The notes under the pieces: model-generated
Told to the model about the DNA's origin: nothing
Databases searched by the model: none
What the model saw: only the letters and a program-made list of their open reading frames with translations
Part shown: positions 24,959-39,060 of the stretch, in pieces
Numbering within the stretch: the first letter of the stretch is position 1
Layout of the letters: each line of letters starts with the position of its first letter
Position numbers and translations under genes: made by a program
DNA from: Octopus sinensis
Taxonomy: Eukaryota
Direction: 5' to 3'
DNA: 64,000 nucleotides
NCBI RefSeq assembly: GCF_006345805.1
Contig: NC_043004.1
Span: forward strand, 39,184,001 to 39,248,000

Positions 24959-25439
24959 ACACATATAAAGATATATGTGCATTTATGCATGCAAGTATAT
25001 ATGTAGCTATGTATGTGTGTATACGCACACACGAATACACACACACAAACACATTCACATACATACGCACCCACCCACACACTCACACACGCATACACAA
25101 ACATATATATATATATATATATATATATGATATTCCCCATTCTTTCAAACCATTAGTTTCTCTCTCTTTCTCAATACATATTAGTTATCCTCTAACAAAT
25201 CTATTCGCCACTCACCCTCTTCCATTCCACTCTGTCCTTCATACTTTCTTCGTTCGTCTTGGCTATTTTTAAAATGTTGTCTTATCGCCAATCTCCCCCC
25301 CCCTGTGTCAGGATTCTAAGGACGCTTACGTTCCTGAACGCCATAGCAATGGACTGGAAATAAATTGCATCTGCAGATGTTACCGATTAGAAGGAACAAG
25401 TAAAAGCATTGTCTTGGATTCGCTGGTGACGATGGTGAA

Positions 25440-25475
25440 GCAGCGATGTTGACAATGGTCGTGATGATGATGATA

Positions 25476-25525
<50 letters not shown>

Positions 25526-25680
25526 GGTGGTGGTGGTGGTGGTGGTGGTGGTGGTGGTGATGATGATGTTGACGACGACGGCGATGTCGATGACAACGAC
25601 CATGATAACGATAATGATGATGATGACGGTGGTGGTGGTGGTGGTGGTGGTACTTGTAAAGGTGATGGTGATGATGATAT
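25440..25680. repeat. Compound (GAT)n/(GGT)n trinucleotide microsatellite
   Basis: Read directly from the sequence. Confidence 0.9.
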
Positions 25681-27287
25681 AGGAAAGTATGGTAAAAGGA
25701 AGAGACGAAGGGAGGTGGCTGCTGCGGTGGTGGTCGTTGTCGTCGTTGTGATAATAGTAGCGGAGCCGATGATGATGATGATTATGGTAATAGTGGAGGT
25801 GATGACGACAACGACGATGAGGAAAACACAGAAACTGCTAAAAATAAATGTATAAGGATATAAACGTAAAATGTTAACTTCTGAACATAATATAATGGTG
25901 ACTGTGAAGAGACAATCGATTATAATTACTTACGGTTGACCAGCTTTATTACAATGTGAATAATACAAACAGCTCTCATCGCACAAGATGTGAACAGTAA
26001 AAATATTTCTCTTTCTTTCGTTTACTTGTTTGTTTTTTTCTATCAATTTCATGAAATTTATAAAACATCAGTCGCAAAAGGATTGATATCTAGGTGCGTT
26101 ACAAAACATCTTGAAATGAAGTATTTATATTTTATGTTAATCTTAAGGATAAAGAAGAAAAAAATTTTTTGTGCATCTTTCAGTATTTTATTTTCTTAGT
26201 AGGCCCGCTTTCAATTTTATATATCGTAATTTACTGCATCGCTCAGATTTTTTTTTCTTTAAAAATCTCGATTTGTTATTTTAAGATCGAAATATTAAAA
26301 TACCAATAACATATTTCAGAACTCATTTATTTGCTCAGTTTCAGAGTTGATCTGTGATCGAGTGTTGAAACTGAAGTAATCACGTCTTGGAAGAGATATT
26401 TGAACCATGTGAAGTTTCTCAGAATTTGTTATATCATATTTTCCGGCGTACAACTCGACGTAGTATATAATGTAAACAGTCAAACATTGTCACTATCTCT
26501 CCAAATTCCACAATATTTCACATGGAAGTTTTGGTTCTCTAAATTCGCCATATCTATAGAGTATAAAGTTTGGTTTGAAAAATTCGACTTGTATACTAGA
26601 AAATAAGGTATGCACATTTAGTATATTCGTTGAAGTATCTAACTTACTTCAAGTATTAAAAATGTCTTAAACTTTCACCTGAGCTGCAGTGAAATTTTGT
26701 CAATGGCCAGGTATCTGTGAATGACTACGGCAGCTCTTCGACAATGTAATCAGTTTGCTAAATATAGGTTCTATGAGAGTAGTTGGCTGGTGAAGGAACC
26801 TGGTTCTGGGTCTCAAGAATTTGCTGGAAGCTCAAAATATCATTACATATTTTGACGATGAAAAATCACACAAGAGAAGTGGATCCGAAAGAGTCTCTAA
26901 ACCCTCTGATAAAATCTCTCTCAAATGGACTTATATTATTTGCTAAGGAATTTTTGATCATCGTATACTGCCAACATTTTGGTTGGATGTTGTCTACTAT
27001 AACCTCGGGTTCATTCAGGTGTTGTAAGTGAAATAGTGTGGAAGAAAATTAAAAAGGAGAAACCACTCCGACAATGTGTACGTATGTATTCTTGAGTGAT
27101 GCACTTAATCTTCCAGGCACTAGGATACCCCCAGCTGATCCTTGTGGGCTTTCAGCTGTATCCATTCAACTGTAAGTATTCAGAATAGATTTCCAGCTCG
27201 AGTGCAGTTCGATACCTTGATACACTGCTTCCATGAGTTGTAAATTAGTCTTCTTTTACTTCCATTAATATAGAACCTATTTTCTTA

Positions 27288-27495
27288 AGGCGGCGAGATA
27301 GCAGAATCATTACCGTTTCGGACAAAATACACAGCGGCATTTCGTTCGTCTTTAAGTTCAAAACCCGCCGTCATAAATTTTGCATTTCATCCTTTCAGAC
27401 GATCATATAAGTCCCAGCTAAATACTTGGGTTGATGTAATCGACTTAACTCTTCCCCAAAATTAGTGACCTTGTGCCAAAATTTGAAACCGAAAT
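27288..27495 (+). mobile_element. SINE family B, diverged
   Basis: aaggcggcgagatagcagaatc...cattt.cgttcgtc...catcctttc...gatgtaatcgactt...cttgtgccaaaatttgaaacc. Confidence 0.7.
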
Positions 27496-30329
27496 TGTAG
27501 GTTCTGTAAAAGATCATGGCCACCATTCTCTGTATGGAAAAAATATGTTTAAAATAAAATTGAATATTTTTGTACTGTCACTCTTATATTCATTATATTT
27601 TAGGTGAAATCAGATTTTTTTATGTTTTTAAAAATAGAAAATGCGACATTTTCTATTATGATTTGAAATAGTACGTGTTTTTTTTTTTCACTAAAAGATG
27701 TCAACTAAATAAGAAAAAAGAGATTTTTGAGAATTTTGGTAGTTATATTTCAAAATTGCCCAGTCTTGTGTTAAGAGAATTATCTTCCCCGACGCAATTT
27801 GCGGCGAAGTGTTACGTGATTGGCTAGTCTTAGATATTTTTTAGAAGATAAAAAAACACCATATGATTATAAATTTATATGTGCTTAGCTTATTAAATTT
27901 AGATACCAAATAACCTTTGTTTTTTGGGTAATATTATGTAATTGTCTCTATTTATTTCTTCTAATGACGTTCCGACCATATTTTTCTATTCCAGCTAAAT
28001 CTAGCGAGAAACCTATTTACGAATAAGAAATACAAAGTAATCTATAAATAAATCTCTAAATTTTAAAACGGAGAAATTTATTTCTTTTACTAGAAATATT
28101 ATAGACATAAAGAGGAAGAAAACGAAATGAAAATAAACACAGCACGAAAATTAACTTCGACAGGAAACCCTTTATTCTTGTAGGATTAGTATGACAAAAC
28201 TTTTCTTTAAAATTCGTAGAAAGAAACTATTCTTTCATGGGCTTAATTACAATTTCAGTCAAGCAAATTTTCTTTACATTCCTTTGTCTGAAGAGGTGCA
28301 CAATGAGAATTGAACCCTAGTCGTCGTGGTTAGTTATGCGCCACTGTTAATTTATATATGCATCATGACCTAGATCTGACGCAGAACCATAAACAGAGTA
28401 GTTTTGAAATGAATTCAAGGCCATTGTAAGAATTATAAATTGCAAATTATTATGGCTGTTTTGCTATTAAAAACAGGTCCACTCTTGTGAACTAGACATA
28501 TGATCAAAGGTATCCTAACCATGATGGGTTTATTTTTATTCCGACATAGTACATAGTTAACTACATTATCTAATTTTTCATTTTTCTTTAAAACATTAGT
28601 GGGTGATTTCAGAAAATTTGGTTACTGCTTCGCCTAGAACGAGTGGTAATATAGGAGGTTCATTGGCTCATTAATCTTAGCAGAGGCAGAAGAAAATATA
28701 AAAATCTTAGATGATGTGAATGATAAATTTCAAGGTATAATTCCTAATGATGTTTCTAATTTGAAATCCTGCAACGGTTAAATGCGATGAAATAAACCTT
28801 ACATGTCCTTGTTCTTTTAGCTTCCAGTATTAAACATCCAATCTACTTTTATGTTCTACAAAGTGTACCTAAATTCACTCACTGGCACTAAAGGCATTTC
28901 ATGTAAATGTATAAACTGTGCAAGAAAGAGAATTGGTTTATATATTTCGTATGTCGAAACATGACGTAGAATCTCCTCCGATGTTAATGTAAAAACCTTG
29001 ATTTTCTTAAATGCCAGCTGCAAGTAAAATGCCTTCGTTTATGCGAATCCAAATTTTTCGAAGATATATTTGCTTTTCACTTTCCAGAATCGATTTCTCT
29101 TCGTGCACATACATCACATGTGCTTAAGATTTTCTATTTTTGTATTCACTTGGAACTGGGCTTCTTCTCATAGAGCAACACCTTGAGAAATTGTCTTCTG
29201 CAGTTGACAAGAGCCGAATCAAAGATTGTCAGTGAAACTGGAGAGTGAGAACAGGTATGGAAATCAATCGGTAATTTAAGAGTCAAGCCTCGCGTTAATA
29301 GTACAGATTAGTGTATACGAAATTACCTGTCTTTTACACAGTTCTACTTTGATTATGTACATACTATTCATCAGTTAATTGTTAGTCCCGTTAATCAGCT
29401 GAACAAACGAGCAGAATGGTCGTTCTTTTGAACTAGCGGGAGATTTCCTTGCATGTGTATGTAATAGGTGCCTCCCCCCACCCGGGTATGTTTATATATG
29501 TATATAAACTATATATAAATACGTGTGTGCGTGTGTGTGTGTGTGGGTGTGTCTGTGTGTGTGTGTTCATAAGATAGATATGGTTGCAAACAAGAAATTA
29601 GGAGTAGAAATCAAGGTCACAATATAATTTGATAGTTGCATAAAAATAATTAATTGATTGTAAAAGTTTTTCAACCGACAATTTAATAATTTGAGTAGAG
29701 CTCTCCTTCGGATTAAAAAGAGATTAAGAAATTATATACGATAATCCGATGGAGAAGTCTGAATGGAATCTATCCACTTGCTATAAATAGAAAAAATGAC
29801 AACAACTTGTCATCACATAACGCCAGACTGTCTTCAAGAAAGGATGATTCTAAAAGATAACAAGGAACGTTCCCGCTGTTTCATCGGGACTGAACTGGAT
29901 AAAAGGAACCATAAATATAAAATAACTCAACTGTTAATCGAATGTTGTTATTGCTGATAGCAGAACCTTAAAATATATTTAATACATTTTTGCCTATAAG
30001 CTTTGAAAAAATAAATAGATAGTACAAAATGTGATGGAACCGGTATCAGAGGCAGAAGTAGGAAGTAATAAATGATTTATAAGCCGAACGTGCGTAAAGG
30101 GTTTCCGTTTATGCAATTGTTTTAATTTATTTATTTAATTATTTATTTTTGTTACGTTCTGTTTGAAATGGCAAGCAAAATCTGTGCTTTGGAGTGTGGC
30201 ACTGAATGTAGAATATATGAATGTACGAAAGAGAAGTCTGTACAGGATTGGATATGACAAACAGCTTAGTTTTCCAAGTGAACGATACTTAGTTCTTTAC
30301 AGCTCTCTCTCTCTGTCTCTCTGTATATA

Positions 30330-30374
<45 letters not shown>

Positions 30375-30375
30375 A

Positions 30376-30451
<76 letters not shown>

Positions 30452-30560
30452 GTACATATATATATACGTATATATATATATATACGTATATATATATGTA
30501 TGTATGTATGTATGTACGTATGTAGGTAGGTATTTATGTATATATATGCATATATATGTA

Positions 30561-30605
<45 letters not shown>

Positions 30606-30908
30606 ATGTGTGTGTATATATATATATGTGTGTGTGTGTGTGCGCGCGATTTATACAAATGTTAAAGACCAATGTGTATGGAACGTGATATGTGATTTAT
30701 CAAACTCCTTGCAACGAATGGATTGCCCATTCGAGTTCAGTTGTAGAGAACGATACAGTGTTATTGCTTAGCAAAAAGTAATAAGTAAAATATAAACAAC
30801 TAAAACAAACAAAAACAACACTTAGTAAGGATTTTGGGGTAGTATTTAGGTGTTTAATCGATGTGTGAATATGTGAATGTATACCCAATACACACGCACA
30901 TACACTCA

Positions 30909-30979
<71 letters not shown>

Positions 30980-31189
30980 GATAAATGTATGTATGTATGT
31001 ATGTATGTATATATGTATGAATGTATGTATGAATGTATGTATATGACACTTTTGTAGAAATGAATATAATATTCCACATGTATGGATTGAGGGATTTATC
31101 GGTTAATGTTTGAATGCTTTTATATATATTTACGCGTAAAGCATATACAATAATGTGTTTATATGAGTATATATATATATATATATATA

Positions 31190-31226
<37 letters not shown>

Positions 31227-31799
31227 AATTATCTTTCGTAGCTACTTACCCTCTCAACATTCCACTCATGTCGAATACATTACTTTGATATCTTCATTAC
31301 GGCATAAACAAATTATTTAAATTATATTAAATTTATTTTTCGCTCTGATAAATATATTTCTTCTCACGCTTCAGGTTTCTCATTAATATCCCCACACACA
31401 CATACACACACTGAATGATACCGTGCTTCTAGAATATTTATTGCACAAGCAAATGTGAACAAAGCTAGGAATGATTTTTGAAGCAAGTTAGTGACTTAGG
31501 TGAAATGATATACATATTCAAATATGAACAGAAGTTCCTAATTCTGATTACTGAACGGTTCCATTGAAGATGGAATGCTGTATGGTTTTTTTCTAGTAAT
31601 ATTTACACTTGTTTTGTTCATCGCATTGCGGATATGTCAGAGCGCTGCCTTCAAGAATATAAACTGTCGCTAATAAATAATTACAATAAGCTAATTATAT
31701 AATCTATTTTAAATTAAATTATCTCTTCCTATTTCCTGTTTCTCGTTCGCAACCAAGTCTCTCTGTCTCTGTCTGTCTCTGTCTCTGTCTCTCTCTATG

Positions 31800-31850
<51 letters not shown>

Positions 31851-31959
31851 GCAGGGTTTTCTCTGTAGTTATCTCACATGAGATATCGCATTTGAAAAGG
31901 GAAAGATTAAAATTGTTTTCTTTTTTAGGTTTTAGAATATTTATTTATTTAATGAATAT

Positions 31960-32600
31960 ATGATCCTTGTTCATTTATGACCGCCATCCAACGTTCCTCT
32001 CAGGCATATATTCCATCTTGAAAGAATTTGTCATCATTTACATTGATAAACTTTTCGAATGCTTCAATTACCACTTCTTTATTTAAGAATGTCTTATTGC
32101 TTATAGCAAGCACGAAGTGTTTAGATATGCGATAATCAGTAGGAGACATATCAGGAGAATAAGGAGGATGTGCCAAAATTTCATAATTCAGGCTTTGTAA
32201 CTTGTGGACCGTAGCTTGAGAAGTGTGAGACCGTGCATTATCATGTAGAAAAACTGGGCCATCTCTATTCACTAATCTGGGTCGCTTCTTTTTTCAATTT
32301 TTCAGGCATACAACCAATTTCCTGACAACAGGATGTTGCTGTTGCAGTTTTTCCTTGTTGCAAAAGTAAATAATGAATAACCTTCTTTGTTGAGCACCAT
32401 ACAGTGACCATCAACTTTTTAGGGTGCAATGGTAGTTTTGAGTAGTGTTTCGGTGACTCTCCTGCATCTAACCACTGTCCTGTCCTCCTGCTGTTATCAA
32501 AGAGTATCCATTTCTCATCATACGTTAATAAATCGATACAAAAATGGTTCCCTTTCCAACCGAGAAATCATCATGGAAGGCGTCCGTTTCTTTGAATCTC
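31960..32600 (-). mobile_element. Mariner (cecropia/Hsmar1-like) transposase remnant
   Basis: DNSRRTGQWLD...HPKKLMVTVW...NRDGPVFLHDNARSH...HPPYSPDMSPTDY. Confidence 0.85.
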
Positions 32601-32937
32601 ATTAAGTCGATGATATAATTGATGCCCATGTTTTTCAAAGAAGCAGAGAGTACAATCAATAGTCGACAATCCAGGTTATTAATTCAAGTCGCTAACAGCT
32701 TATTCCCATAAGACATTGCAAATTGCTGAAGCAACTTTTAAATACATTGAAGGCATTGTCTTGACGATGGATTAGTAAAACCGTTGGAGCGTCGTTACGT
32801 TTTGAGTTTAAATCCTGCCGAAATCAGCTTTGCCTTTCTCTACAGTTGATAAAATAAAATACCAGTCAACTAATGACAACCGGTGGGGATCAGCTAACCA
32901 CCTTCTTTCTAAATTGTTAGCATGCTACTTAAATTAG

Positions 32938-33315
32938 AAACCTATTTCTTTACTAACCACAAGGGGCTAAACACAGAGGGGACAAACAAGGACAGACAAA
33001 CGGATTAAGTCGATTACATCGACCCGAATGCGTAACTGGTACTTAATTTATCGACCCGGCGGAGAGCTGGTAGAAACGATAGCACGTCGGGCGAAATGCT
33101 TAGCGGTATTTCGTCTGCCGTTACGTTGTGAGTTCAAATTCCGCCGAGGTCGACTTTACCTTTCATCCTTTCGGGGTCGATAAATTAAGTACCAGTTACG
33201 CACTGGGGTCGATGGAATCGACTTAATACCTATGTCTGTGCTTGTTTGTCCCTTCTATGTTTAGCCCCTTGTGGGTAATAAAGAAATAGGTACTTAATTT
33301 TTCGACCCCGAAAGG
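32938..33315. mobile_element. Family B SINE (+, 33058-33288) inserted into an antisense family B SINE (-)
   Basis: 20-bp TSD GGTACTTAATTT(A/T)TCGACCC at 33038-33057 and 33289-33308; 32938-33057 is the reverse complement of the inserted copy's 3' half. Confidence 0.85.
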
Positions 33316-33544
33316 AGGAGAACAGATTTGAGGGACGGAGAGGGGATGAGGGGTTTGATGAAGGTAGAAGGAGAAGAGAGGAGAACAAAGCGGGTGGTGA
33401 AAGATGAAGGGAAGATGGAAATGAAGACCACAAGGTCTTTTCATCTTGTTCAGTCACCTGTTCCTTCTAATTTTAAGCTTCTTCTTTGAGCAATCTATAA
33501 CTCACAACACATCCGTCAAACATGCCAGTCTGGTTATCCATCTA

Positions 33545-33610
<66 letters not shown>

Positions 33611-34712
33611 CTCTATATCTCTCTCTCTCTCTCTCAAAATATATATATAAATACATATATCCATGAACCTATGTATCTGTCTCTTTATCGCTTTTTTTTC
33701 TATCTCTCTCACGCCACATACATACACACACACGCATATACACACACATACACATTCACACACATATACATGTATGGAGCTGGGGGTGCGGTCTCTTGCC
33801 CATTATTTATGCGATCGTCTTCAGCAGTCAACTTACGCTTGAATTCACATTGTAATCTTTTGATGGCGTTAATGAGCAAGTCAACAGCTTCAGCTTATCA
33901 CCATCTGGAATTCCTTAGATGGCGGTAAGAGTTCTGCCGTTCTTCCGCGATGGCACCGACAGAATATGTATTGTTGGACTTCACTGCTGTAATGTTCACC
34001 AGCATTGCATTTTGTTCCGTTTGGTTTCCTTCTTCACAAAGCAGCAACTTTTTTTCGTTTATATTTCTTTATATTTTCAGCATTTTTCTCTGCCTTAATC
34101 TAAATAATATTTTTGTTTATTAGTTTCTCAAATCAGCACCACTCTCTGTGCGTTTTTAAAAAAAATAATACCTTATCTCTACGACCCGTAGTTGTATTTA
34201 TGTAAAAATATTCACACACGAACACAGAGAAAGAGACAGGAGAAAAAGAGAGGAGAAAAAGAGAGGGAGCGAGAGAGAGAGACAGGCAACAGACAGGCAG
34301 ACACATACGCACTTGTATGCACACGCATATTAATACTTTCAAAAATTATATCACTGGCAATATATATAATAGCAGGAGGAATTTAGCATTCAAACCGGCC
34401 GTATCCGGCCAAAATAGTCTACCTGTTTTATCTTCAAATCAGTCAGATCTGGCCTCTCACACCTATCCTACAATGTCATTTTAAAAATAAACAGTCACAT
34501 CATCGAAATCTCGAAACTATATGATAGTGCATGATGAATTCAAAATAATGTAAATCAATAAGCATTATACTTGTTAGATTAATCTGAATACTAAAGAGTT
34601 AAGAACATACTTTTTAAAAAAACAGTTAAAGGATGATTATCAGAAGAAATTGACCAAACAACAGGCTATTGTTGTGCGCCGTAGAAAGGATATATGTAAT
34701 ACATTTGTGCTC

Positions 34713-35029
34713 CTTTTATCTTTTATCTTATACTTGTTTCAGCCATTCGATACGGCCATGCTGGGGTACCGCCTTGAAATTTTAGTGAAATTAATCGACC
34801 CCAGTACTTTTGTTAAGGCCTGGTACATATTCAATCGGTATCTTTTACCGAACCTCCAGTTTACGAGGACGTAAATACATCAAGTGATGATAGGGTACAA
34901 ACACAGATACAAAGACAACACACATAGATGTACACGGGTTGCTTTTAGTTTCCGTCTACTAAATGCTACTGACAAGGATTGGTCGGCCTAATGCTATAGT
35001 AGCAGCCACTTACTCAAGGTGTCCACAGT
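34713..35029 (-). mobile_element. SINE family A, diverged, runs into the assembly gap
   Basis: Reverse complement of the family A body. Confidence 0.7.
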
Positions 35030-35129
35030 NNNNNNNNNNNNNNNNNNNNNNNNNNNNNNNNNNNNNNNNNNNNNNNNNNNNNNNNNNNNNNNNNNNNNNN
35101 NNNNNNNNNNNNNNNNNNNNNNNNNNNNN
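35030..35129. other. Assembly gap (100 N)
   Basis: Run of N; a round 100 suggests a placeholder of unknown size. Confidence 0.95.
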
Positions 35130-35435
35130 GTTCAGCAAGTGCCTTCTACTATAGCCTCGGGCCGGCCAGACCCCTGTGAGTGGATTTACCAGATAGCAAC
35201 TGAAAGAAGCCCGTCGTATACATACATATGTATGCATTTATGTGTTTGTGTGTTTGTGCCATCACTTGATAACCAATGGTGACGTGTTTCTGTCCCCGTT
35301 TTCTAGTGGTTCGACAAAAAGGTCCGATACAATAAGTACGAGGCTTACAATGGAGTTGATTTCTTCGACATAACCCCTTAAGGAGGTGCTCCACCATGGC
35401 TGCAGTCAAATGACTGAAACAAGTAAATGAATAAA
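35130..35435 (+). mobile_element. SINE family A, starts at the gap
   Basis: cttctactatagcctcgggcc...gaaagaagcccgtcgta...catggctgcagtcaaatgactgaaacaagtaaa. Confidence 0.8.
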
Positions 35436-35755
35436 ATAATGTGTGTGCGTGCGCGCATGCGTGAGTAACGCAAGTTGGGTGTTTCGAAAGCATTTTAGTG
35501 AAGCATTCTTAGATTATATCAGGACAAAGCCCACCATCGTCAGGAGTCAAGTAAACTTTAAATATATAAACAAGTAAGATAGAAGTAAAAGGTGACCAGT
35601 TCTACATCGACCATGATGGAACAAACCAATAAAATGCTGTCGAAACAGCTGTTGTGAATTTTGAATCTCTATTTTGTTCTTTATACTTGGAACCATCCGT
35701 GGGTTGGATCTGCTGTTTATATTGAATTAGGAACCTATGCATATATATGTAGCAG

Positions 35756-35793
<38 letters not shown>

Positions 35794-35910
35794 ACACACA
35801 CACACATATATATATATATAGATTGATGTGCATCTTCTATCTTTTGCTTGTTACTGTTATTAGACTACGGCATCAACTTGAAGCGTTTAGTCGAAGAAGT
35901 TAAGCCTGGT

Positions 35911-36258
35911 TCTTATTCTATAGTCGCTTTTTGTTGAACCGTTAATTTACGGGGGTGTAAACAAACCAACCGGTTGTCAAGGGATGTTGGTGGGAGCCAA
36001 ACACAAAGACACTCACTCATCGACATATATACGTGCCTGTGAGTCATGAGACATATATGTGTGCAAACGTGCGTGTGGTGTGTGTGTTTGTGTTTGCATG
36101 TGTGCGAATGTGTGTGTGTGCATGTGTGGGTGTATACACAACGGGCTTCTCTCAGTTTCCATTTAACAAATTCACTCATAAGCGTCGGATTGGCTTCGGG
36201 CTTTAGTAGAAAACACTTTCCCCAAGATGCTATGCGGTTGAGAAGCAAGCATCTTAGC
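35911..36258 (-). mobile_element. SINE family A, diverged partial copy
   Basis: Reverse-complement similarity to the family A body. Confidence 0.65.
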
Positions 36259-36632
36259 ATACATACATACATACATACATACATACATACATACATACAT
36301 ACATACATACATACATCCTTCATTTTAAAAGTGCTGGCTTTTTGAAGATCTTCGCCGTCCCAAAATCTCAATGGAGTGGTTTAGGCATGTATTGCATTCT
36401 AACTGTAGTAGCCAGAAGCAAAGACGTTCACGTTGGAATTCCCACTGGAATGTTGGTAGTTTCTGTTCATTTTCTTTTCCCTCCATCCTCTAATGAATGA
36501 ATTCTGATATGTAAACACTGACACCTGTGTTGCAGAAGTATAGTCCACCAGTTGGTGGCAGACCTTCGTCATTTAAGAGTCTGAGATATCACACATAATT
36601 ATGACAAAAAGAGAGAGAGAGGGAGAGAGTGA

Positions 36633-36800
36633 GGGTGCTGGAGCACCGCTTTTAGCCAAGCAAATGGATCCCAGGACTTATTATTGTAAGCCGATTACTT
36701 ATTCTATCGGTCTCTTTTGCTAATCCTCTAAGTTACGGGGACGTAAACGCGCCAGCACCGGTTGTCAAGTGATGTTGGATGGGGACACACACAGACACAA
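36633..36800 (-). mobile_element. SINE family A, 3' half
   Basis: gctggagcaccgc...acttattctatcggtctcttttgc...ggggacgtaaac. Confidence 0.75.
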
Positions 36801-37237
36801 ACATATACACATATATATATATATATACATATACACACACACACGCGCAAACACACACATATATATATACATATATATCTATATATCTGTGTATGTGTGT
36901 GCACATGCGTGTACATGTATAAACATATATATCTGTATGCCCACGCGTTCATAGATATATATCACGCATATACATTCATTGATTTCCCTCTTTCGAGGTT
37001 GAGGTTTCCCTAATTTCCACGAACTATTATTACATTTCCTGAAACAACAGGCAAGAGACCGAACATTCGTAGAGCATATTTCTGAGGCAGAATCTGCGAA
37101 ACAGAATTTGAAGATGGATCATAGGTTTTTGAATCATAGTTACAGTTCATCCGACAATTTTCTATTTAGTTTCCGTCTACTAAATTCACTCATACAGAAA
37201 TAGCAATGGCAGGAGAACCAGAAGCAGCAGCACCATA

Positions 37238-37287
<50 letters not shown>

Positions 37288-37609
37288 CTCGCCAAGTGTT
37301 TTCCATACACCTAGGGCAGAGAAGGGCATTGTATGCATTCCCAGATTACACGCGCAAATTCACAGATAAGATATGTTTTTAAAAATTAATAAATAAATAA
37401 ATTCATGGATCGATGTTATTTTCACAGCGATAATGCTCTTCTTAGTACATGAGCCGTTCCAGTTAATACGATTTTTTGCACTTCTGGTAGGGATGGTAAG
37501 CCTGGAATCATTTTCAAATAGGTTTCAGTACCGTTTTTTATCATTCCTAGAGATCCTACAATCACTGGTACTGTAGTTGCCTTGAGATGCCACATTTTTT
37601 CAATTTCTA

Positions 37610-37836
<227 letters not shown>

Positions 37837-38959
37837 ATAATTATGCTTCTGCAGTTTGCTGGTTTAGTATGTTATCAAAAGTGTGGAAGGAGAGAAGGAT
37901 GACAGATTTGCTGTTGGAGAAAGCGATTGTCGTATAGGTGGTGTCCCTAGTAGTGGTATCTAGCTTTCGATAAAAGGTGGTTTCAGACTGTAGTATAACG
38001 GTGCTAATGATGAAAATACGTTTTCAATTGATACCGTCTCTTTACATTAAATAGTCTTTATAACTATAACAATGTCTCCAGTATTGAGACATGCGTTTCT
38101 TATCTCCAGGGACCGGCACAATATTATTTTCTCTTTTGCCTGAGCAGTCTATGAATTCCGATTCAATTATCATGAAATTTAATTATATGAATATTGCATT
38201 TCGAATATTGCATTTCGAATGTATCATCATCATTATTATCATCAATATTTCTAGTCCCATAACTGTTAAAGACATCATAATTACCATTGTTAATATGTTG
38301 ATTTTAATTTCCCCAGGGTCATGATCATCAGCATCATGGTTATCGTCGTCGCATCATCATCGTCATTACGGTTTCAATAGCTCCATGCATAAAAGAAGAC
38401 GGAATGTTGGGCCTCTAACCAAGCCTTTCGCGATACTCGTGAACTTTTCAGCACCGCCTCGTATATCCAATGGTGAGTTAAGTTGGATGTGATATCGTGG
38501 AATAATAATCCTTGATATCATATTTTGCCAGAGCTGTATTATTTCATTTGATGACATTGTTGCGTTGAGAGAAGCATAAGACCTCCAACAGAATGTCTTA
38601 TGATATTAACGTTCTGAGAGACAAGCCCCACCAAGGTCAACTCTATCTTTCATCCCACAGGTTTTCATTCAATAAAGTACCAATCAAAAACTGAAGTCGG
38701 TGGTTTCAACTTAACTCGTCCCTTCAAATCTGCTGACTTTGTGGCTAGATTAGAAAGGTACGGCTTCCAACTTTTTTTCAGTCGGTCTATTTCGAGTTCC
38801 ACAGTTAAAACCAATTGCTAGTAAACTGGAAACATCCATATTGACCGAATTCAAAAAATCATTATCATTATCATTATCATCATTATCAACATCAGTATTG
38901 TCATCATCATTGTCGTCGTCGTCGTCGTTATCATCATCATCGTTGCATCATTACATCAA

Positions 38960-39060
38960 CAACAGTACTCAACTGGTACTTATTCTATCGACCCCCCAAG
39001 AGGATGAAAGGCAAAGTCGACCTCTGCGGAATTTGAACTCAGATAGTAAAAACGTAAACG
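38960..39060 (-). mobile_element. SINE family B fragment
   Basis: actggtacttattctatcgacccc...ggatgaaaggcaaagtcgacct...gaatttgaactcag. Confidence 0.7.

Noticed and set aside
25316-25682. Poly-Met/Val/Ser/Pro ORFs; similar ones at 8569-8841 and 37582-37937
   Set aside because: Trinucleotide microsatellites open in several frames and on both strands
27117-27171. 55-nt segment between cttccAG and GTAAGT
   Set aside because: Splice-like sites are common by chance and there is no recognisable peptide or linked exon
29203-29253. Exon-like segment between ttctgcAG and CAG|GTATGG
   Set aside because: Stops in all three frames and no supporting neighbouring exons; could only be non-coding
38381-38472. 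Possible exon ending at ATG|GTGAGT, overlapping a 63-aa minus-strand ORF
   Set aside because: No homology recognised on either strand; too short to support
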